The position numbers were made by a program, and so were the translations under genes. The notes beneath the pieces were generated by a model. The model worked only from the letters and a program-made list of their open reading frames with translations, was not told where the DNA came from and searched no databases. A stretch of DNA of 62,912 nucleotides, counting the filler, from Collodictyon triciliatum (Eukaryota), in NCBI GenBank assembly GCA_043381765.1. It is 7 parts of 7 records of this genome, joined end to end, with 100 filler letters (N's around TTAATTAATTAA, not from the genome) between each part and the next. Parts side by side here need not be neighbours in the genome. Positions count along the whole stretch, not along the records: positions 19,422 to 32,605 come from JBHJMP010002949.1; positions 32,706 to 42,301 come from JBHJMP010002950.1; positions 42,402 to 52,013 come from JBHJMP010002951.1; 4 more parts are not named here. One strand, given 5' to 3'. Each line of letters opens with the position of its first letter. Position 1 is the first letter of the stretch. Of this stretch, positions 30,281 to 49,061 are shown piece after piece.

Positions 30281-31788
30281 CAAAACCGATATTTATCGCT
30301 CCTTTTCCTTTGAATCATATTTCATAAAAAAAATCTATCATTGACGCGTCGAATGTACCTTTTGTCTGTGCCAGAAATTCTTTCGGATCCAGGGTTGAGG
30401 AGGAAATAGGGCCAGGTAAAATAGGGAAGCATGTAGAATTGATGAAATCATCATCAAATATGGATTCAGCTCCGTTGAATGTATTGCTACTCGCAAACTC
30501 CCATTCATGGTCAAACGACGCCAACTGTGTTTCTTTCTGGACTGACTCTATGGTTAGGATTTATATTGTAATGTTAGGGTAATTTCTACAAGGAAATATG
30601 AAAATTTCACAATCAAGAAAACATTATTTCTATTATTCCCCTTCTCTCTTCTTTTTGTCAGCTCAATTAAAAAATGAATCAGAGAAAACGAAGGAGGAAA
30701 TCTTTGTTTGCAAAATGGGCTGCTATGAAGAAAAAGGTTTGTTTTCCCCTCCTCTTCGTGAAATATAGCAATATTATTTTAGATAGAGGAAAACATCAGA
30801 TCGGCACGCACCTGATACTTCTGGTGCTTGTAAGAGGCCTTGCTGAACCTGATAAAAATCATAAAGAGCACTATCATTATGCATCAGATAAATATCGTCT
30901 TTCGGAGGCTCTGTGACTCCAAGGTCAAAGTCTGTGGACGATTCCTGAGATTCATAAACCTCATCTGAGGATGTAGCATCACTAGCAGACGTGAGTCTTG
31001 AAAGCTCTGATGTTGGCGCAGGGTTTGGAGGCAGTGTGGATTGTGTGGAGGTGGTTGATGGAGATGAGATGGGGATATCGAGAGGTTGAGGTTGAGGTTG
31101 AGGTTGAGGTTGAGGTTGAGGTTGAGAATGCATTTCTTGGGGAGTAAAGTGATTTAAATCAGTTGTCTGAGACTCTGTTTCGGGGTTTGGATTCGACTGG
31201 TTGCACTCGTTCGATTGAGTTTCACTTGGAGATAGCTCGGCGGTCGAGACAAATTTATCTGCTGCTCTCCAAGTGGGCGGCACAGGTATATGATATATTC
31301 GCTTCTTTACGCGGTTGCTTCGCCAACGGACGTACAGCGGTTTGTCTGTGTCGTTTCTATTGGACATGAATCTGCCTCCGTCTCGGTTGCTGGCACTAGA
31401 ATGCTTCTTTCTCCTGTTCATTTCACATGCTTTCAGTATTCACACAAGATTTGGTTTGGAGGGGATGCATGTCTATGCGGTACTTTGGTTGATGAAGTAG
31501 GGAGAAGGAATGGTTCCTTTTTCTCTTTTTTCTTTTGGACTTCTTTTCTGTGTGTCTGCCATGTGGATGGGGATCGTAGCCCGTCTTAGGTTTTCTTTTT
31601 GTTTGTATAGGATAGGTGACACAGATAGTGTGGATGGTTTAAACACCCATAGTGGGAAAGCGAGAGTGTTTTATGGCAGTTTATGGTAATAGGGGAGAAA
31701 GTGGCATAATGGTGGATACCTCTGATAATCGGGCAGCTTCGTAAAGGTTTAACTTATGTCCGGGCGGGTGCTTCACGCGGCTGGTGAA
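29633..31788 (-). CDS. HMG-box protein with Ser/Pro/Gln-rich and basic regions; 5' end uncertain
   Basis: KKAIRPFLEFCHYIRPAVRRQNPSMTNKEIMGIIGTKWKTMSQEEKDAF is an HMG box. Upstream exons (about 30358-30547 and 30812-31413, plus a KKSKRKKRKR exon starting at 31584) join in phase. Contains a (PQ)n run. Confidence 0.75.
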
Positions 31789-31919
31789 CTATTGTATATG
31801 TATCGTCTTATACTTTAAGGCGATGACACAGTGATATTGTCGGTGAGCTCGACTGTTAAAGACAAGTTCTCCATTAATGCAACAGGGAGTGTAGTTCAGT
31901 GGCATTCATCTCCTCTGCT

Positions 31920-31998
<79 letters not shown>

Positions 31999-32781
31999 CT
32001 TTTATGCGATTTTGGACTTTGATGAAGAAAAAAGAGATGGAGAGCTACGAGGAGTATACAATAAAATATGAAAAGTTAAAGAATCGTCTTGCTTGGAGTG
32101 AGAGGACACTGTGATAATGATCCACAATAAATGAGCGAAACATTCAAGTTTGTGAGAGAGCGTTTACTATTGAGTTAAGAATAGCTCATTTCATCTCTAT
32201 TTTTCTCTATCAAAGACATGAATTGCTTCTTTATCCCATGTTATAGCTTTCCTTATCGCTTTTCTATATCATCTTCTTTTTACTTTTAGTGATCTTATCA
32301 TCAATCGATGGACCTCAACACACATGTAATACACAGACACGACGGCGTCCTCCCAGTCGGCCTGACTCTTCAATGACAATTTTGATTTTTGGTTACTACA
32401 ACAAATATCCATCCGGCCTCCTTGCGATGTCCGCATTCACTACTATGAGCTCTGTTCAAATCGATATTTTGGTTTACTCGCTTTATATACACTGGAAAAC
32501 CTAAAAGAAAGATTATAATAACAAAAAAAAAAAAAAAAAAAAAAAAAGCAAAAGAAAAAAGAAAAACGAAAGAGACCCCCACCCCCCCCCCCCTCATTTT
32601 TTTCTNNNNNNNNNNNNNNNNNNNNNNNNNNNNNNNNNNNNNNNNNNNNTTAATTAATTAANNNNNNNNNNNNNNNNNNNNNNNNNNNNNNNNNNNNNNN
32701 NNNNNTTCTGAAGATTCTTTAAAATCTTAGTGTTGTTTAAAATGAAGACGCGTTACTCATGCAGCTGTAATTTTACAATAG

Positions 32782-35700
32782 GCTTATCATGGCTCATTAT
32801 TATGGCTGCTAAACCATACAAAAACCAAATTTGGAGCTCGTATGTTGAAGTATTGGATAACACATCCTCTCTTAAATCAAAGGTAGACAGTGTAATTTAC
32901 GCCTTAATATTAACACAGTTACTCTTTGGATTTCACATTTTTTTCTTTTAAAAAACAATATATTATCCTTGCTCATATCACCCGAGTTGAAAAAAAAAAA
33001 CATCCTGCTGATGATATTATGCGCAGAGATATTGAAAAAAGGCTTCAAGGTGTAGAATATTTTGTACATGACGCCACACCTTCGGTGATATGTACATATA
33101 TTTATTCATAATGCTTCAAGACTTGAAAGAAAAGATAAATACTTACATATAGCTCTATATATTTTTTTAAAAAAATTATTGAAGTTATGTTTACATTTAT
33201 TTATAATTGTATATTTTATTTTAAAATAAACTAACTACCACATTTCTATGTTTAAAAGCGAGTGTAGATGTACTACTTGCTGGTTTACCTGACCTTGAGC
33301 GAGGATTACAAAGGATACATTATGGAAAGTGTAAACCTGGAGAATTTTTTGGAATCCTTCGTGCTTTTGATAAGTAAGATACTTGATTTTTATATTTTGC
33401 TTTATTTTTCCTTTTTCTTTTTTGTTTGATTGAATTAATTTTCATCATTCGCATGAATTACAGGATTCGAGTTTGGGTAAGTCGATTCTCCATGATTAGC
33501 AGTGATGCCCAAATATTTGAGGATATCCTCTCCAATTTTCCAAGCATTGAAGACTTGATAGCTCCTTTTGCAAATCATTTGCATTGGACAGGAGATGGAG
33601 AAATATCACAAATTTTCCGAGATTCATCGGACCATCCCAACATCAAGAAGCTTTTCGATGTGAGTTGCGCAATTAATTTTAATTATTGTATGATAGAATA
33701 CTAGGTTTTCATACATTTAGTTGCAAATCAACTCGATACTCTTTGAAAATTGTATGTTACTTTTTACTCGGTACCTGAAGAATATCGAGCATATTGTGAC
33801 TGGTTTAGAGCAGCACTTGATTGATATCAGACGGCTGCTGAAGATACCATCACTGCAATATACTACCGTATTATCCACAAAGGTTTTCATATGATTATGT
33901 ATTGTTTAGTACATACTATCGCATCACCAAGTAGGCTTTCTAATTCTTAAGTTTCCCTCCTATTACTACTTCTGTGTGCTTTAGTACATGATTGAGGTTG
34001 GAATCAAAGATAAGAAGGTGATACCTTCTGACTGGATAAGCGTTGGAGGGTAAATTCTTGATGCAAAAAAAAAAAAAAAAGGAAGATATTTTCATTACGT
34101 CCGAGTGTGAAGTTATAAAAATTGTTGTTTATAAGTGGGTAATCATCCTTTTTTTCTCCTTTCCAATAGAACGACCAAGGTAGCTCGTTACCATTCCCCT
34201 TTCATTGCGGATAGTATTGTGAAAATGGCTCAGTACCAAGAAAAACTCGTCATCGAGAGTGATAAAGCATGGAATATCCTCGTTAGGTAATCATATGTAT
34301 ACTTGGTTGTTAAAGGATTCAAAAAAATTTATCATCCAATCGCATCCTTTTTATCACACAACGATAATTCTGTTTAAAAAAATACATTACGTGATTTGAA
34401 GATAGATTTCGGAGAATCTTGTAAGATATTTAAAATTAATTTACTTGCTTACTGGGAAAGAAACTTTGGGTCGAACTACAGAGTCCTAAGAGATATCATA
34501 GATCGAATATCCACGATTGACTGCTTAAAGTCTCTGTCTATTGTTGCTAAGCAGCCAGGTTTTTGTAAACCAACGTTCACAGGAGATTCAGGATTCGTAA
34601 GTACAAATGATTCTCGATGATACAAGCACGCGCCTCAAATGTAAATGAAAAGCAAGTTATGTACTAGTCATAAGATAAAAAAAATGTTGAATTTGAAATC
34701 TGTGTTGTTTTTTTTTGTAGTTGGCAATTGAGGATGGACGCCATCCGCTTGTTGAAGCCACAAGTTCCACTTCATATGTGCCCAATTCGATTACATTTTG
34801 TGCCAAGGAAGTATATACAACATACAGACATTAAATAATCACATGAGACTAGCATATATACGATACTACCCTGCCTTGTAATACGGCTTGGCCATAGTAT
34901 CGATATTTTACTCCTTTTTTTCCCCCATCATTTCTAACTGAGTTGCGGCTAATTATAATCTTTTTAAATAACCCTATTCAAAAAGTAGGCAGAAAATGAA
35001 ATTCCATTTGATTCTATACGACGAGATATTTATTAAATATTGTTAGGAAGAGAGTCAGCTTGCCGTCATTCTTACTGGACCAAACATGGGCGGAAAATCC
35101 TCTTTTATTCGGATGATTTCCTTGCTGGTAATCATGGCGCAAATAGGTTCATATGTTCCAGCCCGCTCCATGGAACTGTCTATATTTGATGCGGTTTATA
35201 CAAGGCAATTACACACTGAACCCCCCTTTTCAAAAATGTCTTCGCAATACGCACTTTCTTACCCATCAGTCTAGAGTGCCGCACCACTATTTTTTTTTCG
35301 CACTTATATATCAAATTTGAATATATTTTGAATCATATTATTTTGGCACTTCTGGGATGCAGAATGGGGGCACGTGATGATATCAACAGGGGGTTAAGTA
35401 CCTTTATGGTTGAACTCATGGAAGCATCTGAAATTATTAAAAAGGCTTCAAGTAAATCGCTTGTAATACTAGATGAGGTTTTTCATTATTTTGCTTGTCT
35501 TTTAATCAATATTACTTTATTTAACAATATGCTCACAATAAGTACGATTTTACATAATAAATCACAAAATGTCTTTTTCTCTCTCTCTCTCTCTCTCTCT
35601 TCTTCTTTTCCATAGCTTGGACGCGGTACATCCACACATGATGGAACAGCAATCGCGTATGCAACTCTGGAACATCTTGTGACAAACATCAAGTGCACCA

Positions 35701-36787
35701 CTCTATTTGTCACACACTACCCTGTAATTGCAGGTATTTTATTTATTTTTATGTATATTTTTACATGCTGAGAATTATCGTCTTCAAAAGGATCGATCCA
35801 CGTCCAGTACACTATTTTACCATCGGGCATTCGTATTACGTGAAGTTTAGTGATATGATAGTTGTGCGCATTCATTAGAGAGAGGATGCAAGGAAAATTG
35901 TCCCTAACGATTAGGACGAAAACGAAATAAAATAGTGTCATACACTCACCGGGCATTAACAGTTAATAAAATATATATATTCAGAAATCGAGCAGATCTA
36001 CAAATGTGCACGCAATTTACATATGAGCTATCTTGAGGAGCAATTTGATACGTCCGAGGGACATAAGCGAAGCAATACAAAGTAATATTGTTACAAATAT
36101 CGCCTATCAATCAAGACATATCCTACATTTCGTTGCAAATATGTATGCAGCACGATTTATGTGAACGCTAACATATTCCTGGCTATTTAATCTCACTATC
36201 TACCTTCTTTTTTTCTCTCTTTTCTCTTTTTTTCTCTTTTTTTCTCTTTTTTTCTCTTTTTTTTCTCTTTTTTTTCTCTTTTTTTTCTCTTTTTTTCTCT
36301 TTTTTTTCTCTTTTTTTCTCTTTTTTCTCTTTTTTCTTTTTTTTCTCTTTTTTTTCTCTTTTTTCTCTATTTTTTTTTCATCCCTCTTTTTTTTGTATAG
36401 GATTATTTTTCTTTACAAAGCCGCTGCCGGTCACGCAGAGCGTTCATATGGGCTTAACGTTGCGCGCATAGCTGGATTGCCTGATTCAATCATACAACGT
36501 GCATCTATACAAGCAGAGTCTTTTGAGTGTTCGTCTAAATCCCTTCGTAAAGCGCAGCAGAAAATCGTAATATAAATTCTGGACAATAATACCTTCTCTT
36601 AATCTTGTTTTTCGAATGATAAATGAATTTCATAATTAATTCATCTTGCTGTTGCTCGATACTAATCAGCAGAAATGAACAGGATATCGCCCAAAATATT
36701 ATGACGTCTGCGACGGATTTGACAGAGAGCGCGCCTGTCATCATCCAAAAACTCAAACTTTTACAAGAGAAAATTCGGAAGTTATGA
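32782..36787 (+). CDS. MSH3: DNA mismatch repair protein MSH3; 5'-truncated; stop at 36575 or, via one more exon, 36787
   Basis: [48 protein letters not shown]...[29 protein letters not shown], Walker [40 protein letters not shown] and RSYGLNVA. Confidence 0.92.
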
Positions 36788-36900
36788 AAGCAGCCCAGAA
36801 CAAAGGCTTTTTTTTTTCTAAAACAGCGATTCCACGAATAAACCATGGCAAACATGCAAGGCATTCTCTCTTTATATCTTTATAATGTAATTTGAGAAAG

Positions 36901-36942
36901 TGATGCCGTATTTATATTTATATTATTATAAATACGGCATCA
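36901..36942. other. Perfect 16-bp inverted repeat (10-nt loop) between two convergent 3' ends
   Basis: TGATGCCGTATTTATA (36901-36916) and its exact reverse complement TATAAATACGGCATCA (36927-36942). Confidence 0.85.
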
Positions 36943-37080
36943 GAAAGGAATGCTAATTGGCGATGGGAAGAACAACATAGTACCCATGAAAAAAAAACTC
37001 ATCAACCTTCTTTTTTCTTTTCTTTTGCTTTTTCTTCTCTTAACGTATCTTCTTTGTTTGTTTGTTTGTTTGTTTGTTTG

Positions 37081-37123
<43 letters not shown>

Positions 37124-37187
37124 TTTATTTTTGGGTGATGCATCGAAGTGTTCTCTATTTTTGAGGGTGGCAGGACCGGGTGGCGTT

Positions 37188-42006
<4,819 letters not shown>

Positions 42007-42604
42007 CTTTAAATTTTGTCTTAAATTAGTCAAATTGGAATGTATCAGTCAGAAATATTCCTATAACCACATGATACTCTTTTGTACTGTTTTTTTCCCC
42101 TTCTTAAAACAGCTTTAAAAGAAAAATATCTCATGTTGATAATCTACGGTGGATACATTACATGAAAACATAATTTGGACAGTGTTTCTTTGGGTTTTTT
42201 TTTTTGTTTTTTAGTTTTTTAGTTTTTTAGTTTTTTAGTTTTTTAGTTTTTTAGTTTTTTAGTTTTTTTTTGTTTTTTTTTTGTTTTTTTTGTTTTTTTT
42301 GNNNNNNNNNNNNNNNNNNNNNNNNNNNNNNNNNNNNNNNNNNNNTTAATTAATTAANNNNNNNNNNNNNNNNNNNNNNNNNNNNNNNNNNNNNNNNNNN
42401 NTTCTATTCTATTCTATTCTATTCTATTCTATTCTATTCTATTCTATTCTATTCTATTCTATTCTATTATATTCTATTATATTCTATTATATTCTATTAC
42501 ATTATATTTCAGTCAAAAAATTGGTTTTATTTTGGAACTATGGTGCACAGGAATAACATCCTTACTCTGATGATGATATTTTTTAAAATTGAACAAACAT
42601 GTAG

Positions 42605-44311
<1,707 letters not shown>

Positions 44312-44423
44312 GTTGGTTGAAGAGGCGCCCCCAACGCGCAGCCCGTCAGCGTGATTCCCGCTGCGATACAAATAAACAACACAACCAATTCCAAAACAAA
44401 ATAAACAAACAACCAAAAAAAGG

Positions 44424-44484
<61 letters not shown>

Positions 44485-44790
44485 AAAAAAAAAAAAAAAA
44501 AAAAAAAAAAAAACATAAGAAACCACACGCAAAAAAAAAAAAAAAAAGTGTATGTGTGTGAAGAGGCAAGAATCGTGGTTGGGGAAATTGATATGTGCAA
44601 CGAGATGACTCCCAGCAAGGAAGATGAAGAGGGAGGATAACTATTCCCGTGGGTGTTGTTCTTTTTCCTCCTTCTCCTCTTGTCTCTGTTATCGACTTTC
44701 GATGTTCGTGGCGGATAAGCAGAGCAGAAAGAACAACGCTAAGAGAGTCTGTATTGTAGGATCGGAGCCACTTCGGTACTGCGTGTCAAG

Positions 44791-44899
44791 ATGGGTTTGT
44801 GGTGCTTTTAAGTTTGTAATCGCCCCTCGGTTAAAAGGCTCCTTTTGTGCTGGTCGACAGATGCTCCAATAATTATTTCCTTCTTTTGGTTTTGGATGA

Positions 44900-44964
<65 letters not shown>

Positions 44965-47900
44965 GTCTGTCTATATATCTATCTATCTATATATCTATCT
45001 GTCTTTCTGTCTTTCTGTCTATCTTTCTGTCTTTCTGTCTTTCTGTTTATTATTTATTTATTTATTAATGTATTGAATCTCTGCTAGCTCGAAGAGTCGT
45101 GGTTTCTGGAATGGGGATGGTTACTCCCCTCGCTGATGGTGTTGGGCAAACGTGGCGGCGATTAATTAAAGGCGATTGTGCAATTTCTCGCGTTGTATCT
45201 TTTAATGCTGATTCTTTTCCGGCAAAGGTTTTTATAATTCATTCTTGCGTGTCCAAGTTTGAACTGAATATAACGAGAAGGGTGTCTATGCAAAGATAAT
45301 ATCCTTGCTTGTTTCATTTCACGCAATATCGCTTTCATTCAATTCCACAGACTTTCATATCTATCGGAGCCATATATTAACTTGTGGATAGACAACAACT
45401 GAACAATAACGTTTTTGTCTAACATGTATCTCCGTCCATAACAATTCGATTACTTTGGTGAGTTAAGATTTCCGCGAGTGTGCCACGAGGGAAAAATATT
45501 GGAGAATTCGACGCGGACAAATATGTCCCCTCAGCTGTAGGTTATAGGAATAAAACATGATAAATATCTATATGGCGTCAATTCATGCATTAAAACATGT
45601 CATCGTTAGAATATTTTTAGAATTAATCATCGCTTGAAATACTGCCTCGACAGGATAAAAGAAAAGCTTCTCCTTTCATTGAGTTTGCCCTGGGCGCGAG
45701 CGAACAAGCCTTGGTAGACTCTGGCCTCACGACTCTTGGCGATGAAGAAAGAGTCCGATCGGTGAGTTGACCGCAAGACTTTGCAATCATATTTGGCCTC
45801 GAAAGTATAAATAGAATTATATAATTTTATTTGCAGATGCCTTCTGCAAAATAAATTTTAAAATCAAGATGAATAGCAAAGTGAAAATTGTTCAATTTAG
45901 CCATAAATTAAAACTGTGATATAATAATTTGCTCTTCAACCTTGATGAACAGTTATTTTCTTTAACTCAATTTTGAAGGGGGTTTGCATTGGAACGGGAA
46001 TCGGTTGCATCTCAGATTTGGATGAGACATCGGCTTTGATTCGTTCTCAAGTAGATATTCACACCTAAGCCAAACATACAGAGTTTTCAGTGATACTAAG
46101 GACATTACATATGTATCTCGACTTATATGCAAATCTCCAATACAAGTAAAGTAACCTCACTCGCATCTTGGTTCTTTTATTTATCTCCAGGAAAATGGCC
46201 ACAGAAAAGTCAGTCCTTTCTTTATTCCAAGAATATTAGGTAACATGGCGGCTGGATTAGTAAGTATTCGTTGGGGATTGAAGGTACTTCTTTTTTCATT
46301 TTTTTTTATCATGCATTCATACTTGCACATCATCTTCTTTTTCTTTTTTTTTTCTTAACAAGCGATCAAACAAAGAACACTCATATTTATATCGCTAATT
46401 CTGCATTCATCAAGGGCCCGAACCATTCTGTTATAACTGCTTGTGCAAGTGGGGCTCATTCAATAGGGGATGCTTACCGCTTCATCAAATACGGGGATGC
46501 AGATATGATGGGTAGTTAACTATTTTTCATTATTTTCTTCTAATATGTGATATGCGTATGAATTGAATGTCTTCGTCTTCCCCCTCCGATGTTTTTTTAT
46601 CACTACATTTCTCTATGCCTATACTAAACTTACTGAATATATGCTAAATAGCTATTGTAATATTTATTAGTTGCTGGTGGAACAGAATCATGCATCGGCC
46701 CTATGTCATTTGCTGGTTTTTGTAAGCTCAAGGTCATTCACAAAATAATAGTAATAATAACAGGAACAATAGTACATATTTATACCAATCAAAGCGACTC
46801 ATGAATTTTCCTAATATTATTCACGTCGATTGGTAATTGATGATTAACTCATGAATGGGCTCTTTCTAAAGTCATGTTTTTTTCTTCTTCTTTTCCTCTT
46901 TTTTTTTTTTTTTTATCCTACCCATAACTACCTGACGATTCTGCAGGCTTTATCCACAAAATTCAATGACAACCCCATGGAAGCTTCCCGTCCATTCGAC
47001 AAAGATCGAGACGGATTTGTCATGGGAGAAGGCTCTGGTGTGGTTGTGTTAGAGGTATGTCCTTGTATATCCTAGAAAAGGAGAATAAATAAACATACCC
47101 CAGCTCTTGATATTTCCAAAATTTATATTACATAATCGCTTACTGAGTACTTCCAACGCTAAATAAATTTATCAAGGAATTGGAGGCTGCAAAGCGAAGA
47201 GGAGCGAAGATATACTGTGAAGTTGTAGGGTATGGCCTATCAGGTAGCAATCAGCTTTCAAAGGGATAAACGGATAAATAATTATTGGATACTCATATAT
47301 AATTGATTTGCTTTGTTTTATTTTTGCAAATGCTTATCTGATAATTCCTCTTGCTCACATACTTTCGCAGCAGTGAAACGTTTTATTAAATAAATAAATA
47401 AATAAAAAAAACTATTCGATATCTATATAAAAAATTGAGATTTGGTTTTTTTTAAAAAATATATATGCATAGGTGACTCCCATCACATCACAGCACCGCC
47501 TAGTGATGGGGATGGTGCATTTCGGGCGATGAAAAGCGCGATAGTACGATCCATTTTTTAAAATAATAATAATAATAATAAAAATAAAAATAATAATAAA
47601 ACAAAAATAATAACAAAATGCAGAGGTTAAATCTTGATAAATGATAAATTAGTTCGAGAACTCAAACTCAATAAACTATACTCAAAAATTCCTTATTCAG
47701 AAAATGTCCGGCTTGAATCTTGAAGACATAGGATACATAAATGCTCATGCGACTTCTACACCCCTAGGTTTGTAATTTTAAGTCATTCATGAGATAATTC
47801 CATCAATTTCGAGCAAAAGGAAAAGTGAAGAAAAAAGGGCTCCATAAAATAGTTAGCTTTTCTGGAGCTATTATTCGTTTTATAGACCATTAGCCTTTCA

Positions 47901-48754
47901 TAGGTCGAATTCACAAATTTTTGCTAAATACTAAGAATAATTTATATCATATCTTGTCTTTTTTTTTTAAAAAAAAAATAAAAAAAATAAAGAACAACGC
48001 TTCTACTTCAATGAGTTTTTTTTATCCCAACCAAATCACTTCCTCCCTGCCTTTCTCTGTGTGTCATGCGGAAATTGCAGGTGATGCTATTGAAAATGCT
48101 GCCATTACAAACCTTTTTGGACATTCTCCAAAAGCCTTGGCAATATCAAGTACTAAAGGGGTAAGTTGTTTTTTGTTTTTGTTTGTGTATATGAAACATA
48201 GGGCATGATGGTACTTAAACACAATAAAACGTAATAATTGGAATATCTTGTTTTGTTTGTTTTTTAAGGGAAATTATGAAGTTTTTAACTAATACACTCT
48301 TTGTATATTGTTTCTTAGTCAATCGGCCACCTCTTGGGTGCTGCGGGTGCCGTGGAAGCGATATTTTCAATTCTTGCACTTCAAGAGGTTTTACACTCGC
48401 CTTTACCCCCATCGAATTTTTTGTAGTTTGACATTAGAAAATTAAGCATTCTTTACTTTTAAATGTTTCTTGCTCAAACTGAGGATATGATCATATCACC
48501 ATCATCCAAATCTTTACATCGCGAGAAAAAAAAACATTTTGAAAAAAAGACAAAAAGAAGTTTCTTTGTGAATAAGAAGCTTTTAAACATAGGGTGTGCT
48601 CCCTCCAACCCTAAATCTTCACAATCCTGATGAAGGATTTAATCTGAATTATGTCCCAAATTCGATGCAAGAAAAGAAGTTAAATGCAGTCATGAGCAAT
48701 TCCTTTGGATTTGGAGGGACGAATGCGTGCCTCATCTTCAAGAAGCTTGATTGA
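44791..48754 (+). CDS. OXSM: 3-oxoacyl-ACP synthase II (FabF/CEM1/OXSM type, mitochondrial FAS II); 15 exons
   Basis: [51 protein letters not shown] (catalytic Cys), [30 protein letters not shown] (His), [14 protein letters not shown] (His) and [11 protein letters not shown]...*. Confidence 0.93.
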
Positions 48755-49061
48755 CTGAGACACCCATAAACAGAGTCAACACTATGAAATCTCAGTCTTT
48801 TTCATATAATTTTTTTTAAAAAAAAAAATAATTCAAAATTCAAGAAAACCAAAGCTGCAGATTATGTTCGTTTCTTGGCGATGTTTAGCAAATTGAGACT
48901 TATTTTTTCATATAAAAATTTACCTGCTTAAGCCTCATTTGGTTGTTACATGGGGTGTCTCTGGTATTATACTCATTGGAAGGATACAGTGTTAATATTA
49001 TATTGATTTTTAAATTGTTTTTTTCTGCTTGCTGGCTGCCCTTTATGGTTTTATTCACGGG

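Noticed and set aside
31885-31902. tRNA-like 5' end GGGAGTGTAGTTCAGTGG followed by (TTTA)n
   Set aside because: No D-stem closure, anticodon arm, T-loop/B-box or acceptor 3' strand.
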